From assembly GCA_964364265.1 (NCBI GenBank), contig CAYILA010000005.1, positions 6,418 to 70,417 of the forward strand: a stretch of DNA of 64,000 nt, read 5' to 3'. The position numbers and the translations under genes are program-made. Position 1 is the stretch's first letter. Each line of letters begins with the position of its first letter. A model generated the notes under the pieces. It made no database searches. It had not been told where the DNA came from and saw only the letters and a program-made list of their open reading frames with translations. This DNA comes from an uncultured Candidatus Saccharibacteria bacterium. GTDB lineage: Bacteria; Patescibacteriota; UBA1384; XYA2-FULL-43-10; 1-14-0-10-43-13. Of the stretch, positions 60,173 to 64,000 are shown in pieces.

Positions 60173-60730
60173 TTATGCCCGCTCGACATAGGAACCGTCG
60201 CGAGTGTCGATAAGAATTTTGTCGTTTTCTTTAATAAAAAGAGGGGCATCAACCAGGACGCCGGTCTCGATCGTGACTCTCTTGTTTACTGTGCCGGCCG
60301 AGTTGCCTCTAATTCCGGGAGGAGCGGAGGTGACGGCGAAAGCCATTTTAATCGGCAGTTCAATGTTAATCGGCTCGTTCTCGAAATAGAGAATATCAGT
60401 CGAGGCGCCCTCGACCAGGTATCTTTTGCTGTCGGCCACTTTTGAAATCGGGATCTCAAACTGGTCATAAGTTGCATTATTCATAAAGTAGGCGTTTGCC
60501 TCATCGGAATATAAATAAGTAGCGGTCTTTTTGGCCAGAGTAGCGTTGTCTAGTTTGTCGTTTCCCTGAAAGGTCTTGTCAATAACGCCGCCGGTTCGCA
60601 AATTCTTCAACTTGGTTTTGACAATCGCCCCGCCCCGCCCCATTTTGGAATGAGAATAAGACAAAACGATGTAAGGATCGCCTTCGTAAGTAATTTTTGT
60701 GCCGGTTTTTAGATCTGTGATTCCAAGCAT
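60173..60730 (-). CDS. efp: translation elongation factor P
   Basis: MLGITDLKTGTKITYEGDPYIVLSYSHSKMGRGGAIVKTKLKNLRTG matches the EF-P KOW/OB architecture; 185 aa. Confidence 0.85.
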   Translation of the reverse strand: MLGITDLKTGTKITYEGDPYIVLSYSHSKMGRGGAIVKTKLKNLRTGGVIDKTFQGNDKLDNATLAKKTATYLYSDEANAYFMNNATYDQFEIPISKVADSKRYLVEGASTDILYFENEPINIELPIKMAFAVTSAPPGIRGNSAGTVNKRVTIETGVLVDAPLFIKENDKILIDTRDGSYVERA

Positions 60731-60775
60731 GAAACCTCCGGTTTCTAGTCAAAGGGTCTTATAGATACACTATTG

Positions 60776-60876
60776 TGTCATTCCGACCGACCGAAGGGAG
60801 CGGAGGAATCTTTCAAAAGATCCCTCAACTCGCTATGCTCGCTCGGGATGACATTCGTCACTTTCGACTTTCGACT
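60776..60876. repeat. palindromic repeat family 1 copy (full element) between efp and rpsR
   Basis: gtcattccgaccgaccgaagggagcggaggaatctttcaaaagatccctcaactcgctatgctcgctcgggatgacattcgtcactttcgactttcgact. Confidence 0.75.
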
Positions 60877-60881
60877 CTTCG

Positions 60882-61121
60882 TTATTTGATTACGAATGGC
60901 AAAAGAGCCAAGTGTCTAGCCTGTTTGATTGCCCGCGCCAGTTCGCGCTGGTGACGGCGGCAGGTTCCGCTGCGCTGGGCGCTGTCGATTTGGTTCCAGC
61001 GGTTTAGGTAACGGGTGAGCATGGTGACATTTTTGTAATCAAGCTCGTTTACCTTTGCCTTGCAAAACAAGCATTTCTTAATCCTTGGCGTAAAACTTTC
61101 TTCTCTTTTTTGATAATACAT
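60882..61121 (-). CDS. rpsR: 30S ribosomal protein S18
   Basis: CLFCKAKVNELDYKNVTMLTRYLNRWNQIDSAQRSGTCRRHQRELARAIKQARHLALLPF. Confidence 0.85.
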   Translation of the reverse strand: MYYQKREESFTPRIKKCLFCKAKVNELDYKNVTMLTRYLNRWNQIDSAQRSGTCRRHQRELARAIKQARHLALLPFVIK

Positions 61122-61134
61122 ATGGCTCCTTCGG

Positions 61135-61300
61135 AGTAAATTCTAAATTCTAATATCGAAATCCTAAACAATTTCTAAATCCAAATTATCAAAATTGAAA
61201 TATTTTAGTCATTCGATTTTTTGATTTCTAATTTGTTTCGGATTTAGGATTTAGCATTTCGGATTTCCTTTCTAAACTTTCGGTTTAGAAAGGTATTTCG
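61135..61300. repeat. palindromic repeat family 2 copy between rpsR and ssb
   Basis: ttctaaattctaatatcgaaatcctaaacaatttctaaatcc...atttgtttcggatttaggatttagcatttcggatttcc. Confidence 0.7.
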
Positions 61301-61812
61301 TCTATATCGATCTCATCCTCGGTTTTTTCAGCCTTTTCAGCTTTTTTTGGGTCGGCCACTTCCGATTCGGAGGCGATCTTTTCAACCGGATTTTCCGACC
61401 CGCCTGCTCCTCGAGACTGAGCGACCTCGGAGTCGATGGCCGGCGAGGCAGGTTTGCTTTCGCCATATGATCCTCCGCCGCGATTTCCCAGAACATTAAC
61501 CATCTCGGCGACAATCTCGGTTTTGTATCTTTTGACTCCGTCCTGGCCTTCCCAGTTTCTGGTCTGGATCCGTCCTTCGACATAAACCGGCGTCCCTTTT
61601 CTTAACATCGGGGTGACATTTTCGGCCTGCTGACCCCAAACCACGACATCGTGATACTCGACCGCCTCGCCGCCCTCGCCGCCGTCCCGTCCTTTCCACT
61701 TACGGTTGGTGGCGACCGAAAACGATGTTACGGCTTGGCCGTTTGGGGTGTAACGCATCTCGGCGTCTTTGGTTGTGTTTCCCAATATCTGCGCTCGATT
61801 TAAACTTAACAT
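61285..61812 (-). CDS. ssb: single-stranded DNA-binding protein
   Basis: LNRAQILGNTTKDAEMRYTPNGQAVTSFSVATNRKWK OB-fold, Gly-rich linker, acidic C-terminal tail DEIDIDEIPF. Confidence 0.85.
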   Translation of the reverse strand: MLSLNRAQILGNTTKDAEMRYTPNGQAVTSFSVATNRKWKGRDGGEGGEAVEYHDVVVWGQQAENVTPMLRKGTPVYVEGRIQTRNWEGQDGVKRYKTEIVAEMVNVLGNRGGGSYGESKPASPAIDSEVAQSRGAGGSENPVEKIASESEVADPKKAEKAEKTEDEIDIDEIPF

Positions 61813-61862
61813 TTTGCCCTCAATTCTTTATTAATTATCAGTTCCTCATTTGTACCATACTA

Positions 61863-62594
61863 TTAAAGGTCATCTTTTAATAGATTGTCGAGCTCTTCAT
61901 CAAGTTTAGCCAATCTTTCGGCTTCGGATGAGACAACCGGCTTGGTTCTCTTTCTGGTTGGCTTCTCAGGTTTTTCTGTTTTCTCTTCAGCAACTGCCTC
62001 GAATTCCTTGGTTTCGGATTCGGTTACTTCTTCTTTAACTTCATCAACCTTCTTAGCTCTTGGTTTCTTGACTTTCGGCTCCTCTGCGTCCGGTACCTCG
62101 ATTTCAACTTGTGGTTCAGCTGACTTGCTTACTAGCTTACTTGCTGACTCACTTGTTTCTTCTTCCTGTTCTCTCTTGGCCATCAGATTTCTGGATTCCT
62201 CGGTCTCGCCAAGGACGGCCTCAAAGCTCTTCTCTCCGCCGATTGCGGCTTCGATATCTTCGGTGCCGACAATCTCTTCGGAGGTTAAAGTCAATTTCTC
62301 TTCGCCCATCTCACGCAAAATCAAAAGGTGGCGGATGATTTGGGAAGTGATTTTCAAATCGTGCTCCATTTCACGGACTTTTTCGGCCGCGATCTCAAAA
62401 TTAAGAGTGACATAGGTGGCAAATTCCTGTTTGTTAATCGGGTAGGCCAGTTTGCGTCTCTTCCAGATTTCCTCTTTCAGAACTTTGCCTTCGGCGTCAA
62501 CAACAAAACCGCCGACTTTGCCGGTTATTTTATTCAGGTCGCTCTCCGCGACTTTATCAGAAACGAGATAAGTGAGTTCGTATTGTCTCATCAA
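61863..62594 (-). CDS. rpsF: 30S ribosomal protein S6 with long acidic C-terminal extension
   Basis: MRQYELTYLVSDKV... S6 core (~100 aa) followed by a ~140-aa Glu/Lys-rich tail. Confidence 0.8.
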   Translation of the reverse strand: MMRQYELTYLVSDKVAESDLNKITGKVGGFVVDAEGKVLKEEIWKRRKLAYPINKQEFATYVTLNFEIAAEKVREMEHDLKITSQIIRHLLILREMGEEKLTLTSEEIVGTEDIEAAIGGEKSFEAVLGETEESRNLMAKREQEEETSESASKLVSKSAEPQVEIEVPDAEEPKVKKPRAKKVDEVKEEVTESETKEFEAVAEEKTEKPEKPTRKRTKPVVSSEAERLAKLDEELDNLLKDDL

Positions 62595-62782
62595 TATCCT
62601 TTCTATGGCTATGCCAATCCCGCGTAGCCCCTTTGGGGCGAAGTGGGATGGAAACTCTCGGTCTTTCAGACGAGAGAAAAAGGTTAATTAAATTGTAGGA
62701 TTACTTTAGCATAAGTTCATATAAAACACAAGCTTTTTGGGATAGAATAAATTAGTGTGATTGGGGGGATTTGGGGAGATAA

Positions 62783-63349
62783 ATGGCTGAATCAGGCTAT
62801 CACTATTTAAAGACATATATGTTGGCGACGGTCGTTTACGATTTGACAGTCGAATTTTGTGATAAATTTTTGCCTGGTCGGGAATATTTAAGGATGAGGG
62901 AACAGATGATTCACGCAGGAAGGAGCGGCCGGCAAAATATCGCTGAAGGTTACGAGGAAAAAAGTTTACAAAGCTATATTAAACTATTGGGTGTGGCTGA
63001 TGCTTCACTTGAAGAATTGTTGCTTGATTTTTAAGACTATCTTCGTCAGCGCAAATTGCCGTTATGGGAGAAGGACGACCCAAGGGTTAGGGCGTTTCGG
63101 GAGTTTCGGGTTGTTTGGGTAGATAATAATACCCTAAATACCCTAACGCTCCCAAATGATCCGGTTGAGGCGGCCAATTTGATGATCACCTTGATTTCAA
63201 TGACCACTTTTCTATTATCAAAGCAGATGACCAAATTGGAAGAGAAATTCGTAACTGAAGGCGGTTACAGAGAGAAGATGTTTAAAAAACGGGTGGAGTA
63301 TCGCCAGCATAATTACCCCAAATACCCTAATCTCCCTAATAATCAATGA
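62783..63349 (+). pseudogene. four-helix-bundle (23S rRNA IVS-protein-like) gene interrupted by in-frame TAA and a degenerate repeat insertion
   Basis: 62783-63034 encodes the N-terminal 4HB-family block (NIAEGYEEKSLQSYIKLLGVADASLEELLL). The same frame continues after the TAA at 63032-63034 into 63056-63349. The downstream part contains ccctaaataccctaa / gtttcgggagtttcggg motifs. Confidence 0.4.
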
Positions 63350-63350
63350 G

Positions 63351-64000
63351 TTATACATTAAACCTGAAAATAACAACATCACCATCTTGAAAGATGTATG
63401 TTTTACCTTCTGTTCTTACCATCCCGTGTGCTTTGGCGCCGGACCAGCCGCCCTGGGCGTAGAAATCCTGCCAGGGGATGACCTCGGCGGCGATGAAACC
63501 TTTTTGGAAATCAGTATGGATCGCTCCGGCCGCTTCCGGCGCGGTGGCGCCTTTTTTCACCGTCCAAGCCCGCGTTTCCTTCTCACCGGAGGTGAAGAAA
63601 GTAATCAATCCAAGTGTTTCGTAGGCTTTTTTAATCAATGAATCTAAACCGGTTTCAGATAAACCTAGGGTCTCAAGGTATTCCTTCTTCTCTTCATCTG
63701 TTAATTCGTTTAGGTCGGATTCAATCTTCGCGCTGATGGGAATGATGTGCCGTTTGATGTCATCCTGAGCGTTAGCGAAGGATCTGGGCGCCAGCCGCAT
63801 TATCGCTTCGCTGGATTCTTCACTTCGTTCAGAATGACTAACAGAAGCCAGTTGCTCTTCCGAAACGTTAGCGACATAGATGACCGGTTTCATGGTCAGA
63901 AGCGCCAAGCCCTTGAGTAATTCTTCCTCCCGTTCGTCCAGTTTCGCCTCGCGGGCGTTCTTGCCCTCATATAAGACATCTTTGATCTTCTGTAATCCCG
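63351..64000 (-). CDS. ychF: ribosome-binding ATPase YchF (C-terminal part; 5' end outside window)
   Basis: C-terminal TGS-domain sequence (TRAWTVKKGATAPEAAGAIHTDFQKGFIAAEVI...GDVVIFRFNV). The minus-strand frame stays open to the window edge (VIYVANVSEEQL coiled-coil region). Confidence 0.8.
   Translation of the reverse strand, partial: GLQKIKDVLYEGKNAREAKLDEREEELLKGLALLTMKPVIYVANVSEEQLASVSHSERSEESSEAIMRLAPRSFANAQDDIKRHIIPISAKIESDLNELTDEEKKEYLETLGLSETGLDSLIKKAYETLGLITFFTSGEKETRAWTVKKGATAPEAAGAIHTDFQKGFIAAEVIPWQDFYAQGGWSGAKAHGMVRTEGKTYIFQDGDVVIFRFNV

Noticed and set aside
62783-63349. Stop-codon reassignment (alternative genetic code) explaining the in-frame TAA in the four-helix-bundle gene
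   Set aside because: Other genes in the window terminate with TAA, TGA and TAG in sensible positions (for example 1060-1062 TAA and 2933-2935 TGA). Gene lengths match orthologs under the standard code. A pseudogene is the simpler explanation.

Overview
This 64 kb low-GC (~40%) bacterial contig has compact, often overlapping genes (ATGA-type junctions) and splits into two parts.

Positions 1-42,650 are one very large cell-envelope glycan biosynthesis locus, about 37 genes. It contains:
- a DegT-family sugar aminotransferase, four SDR epimerase/dehydratases and a CapD/PglF-type 4,6-dehydratase;
- a hexapeptide acetyltransferase;
- five GT2 glycosyltransferases (two are polyprenyl-phosphate GtrB/DPM1-like paralogs) and three GT4;
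- at least five polytopic GT-C-like membrane proteins;
- a Wzx flippase and three Wzy/O-antigen-ligase-family proteins.

Embedded in this locus are two unexpected modules. One is a pyruvate/acetyl-CoA module: a DmpF-like acetylating acetaldehyde dehydrogenase, a DmpG-like aldolase, an acetolactate-synthase-like ThDP enzyme, an ATP-type PEP carboxykinase, and a three-subunit 2-oxoacid:ferredoxin oxidoreductase. The other is a minus-strand pair encoding a membrane-anchored cohesin-like protein next to a secreted protein with a C-terminal dockerin.

Positions 42,650-64,000 are housekeeping genes: hppA, cca, a VanW-like protein, a P-type ATPase, pyrG, groES/groEL, efp, rpsR, ssb, rpsF and ychF (truncated at the window edge). 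This part is riddled with two families of short palindromic MITE/RPE-like repeats. The families are a 'gtcatcccgagcg...cgctcgggatgac' family and a 'cctaaatcctaaa/ttgtttcggatttaggattt' family. Copies of these are inserted in-frame inside cca and pyrG.

Other features:
- a ~4 kb segment bounded by two copies of a ~55-bp repeat containing a perfect 32-bp palindrome; it holds a GIY-YIG nuclease gene, and two GC-rich ORFs of unknown function sit immediately left of the two palindrome copies;
- a recent partial duplication of the GtrB-like GT2 genes;
- two heptanucleotide tracts inside CDSs;
- a groESL promoter carrying a non-CIRCE inverted-repeat operator;
- a four-helix-bundle gene interrupted by an in-frame TAA.

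The gene content is consistent with a small-genome fermentative bacterium (CPR/Patescibacteria-like), but that is inference only. No rRNA, tRNA or CRISPR array was found.
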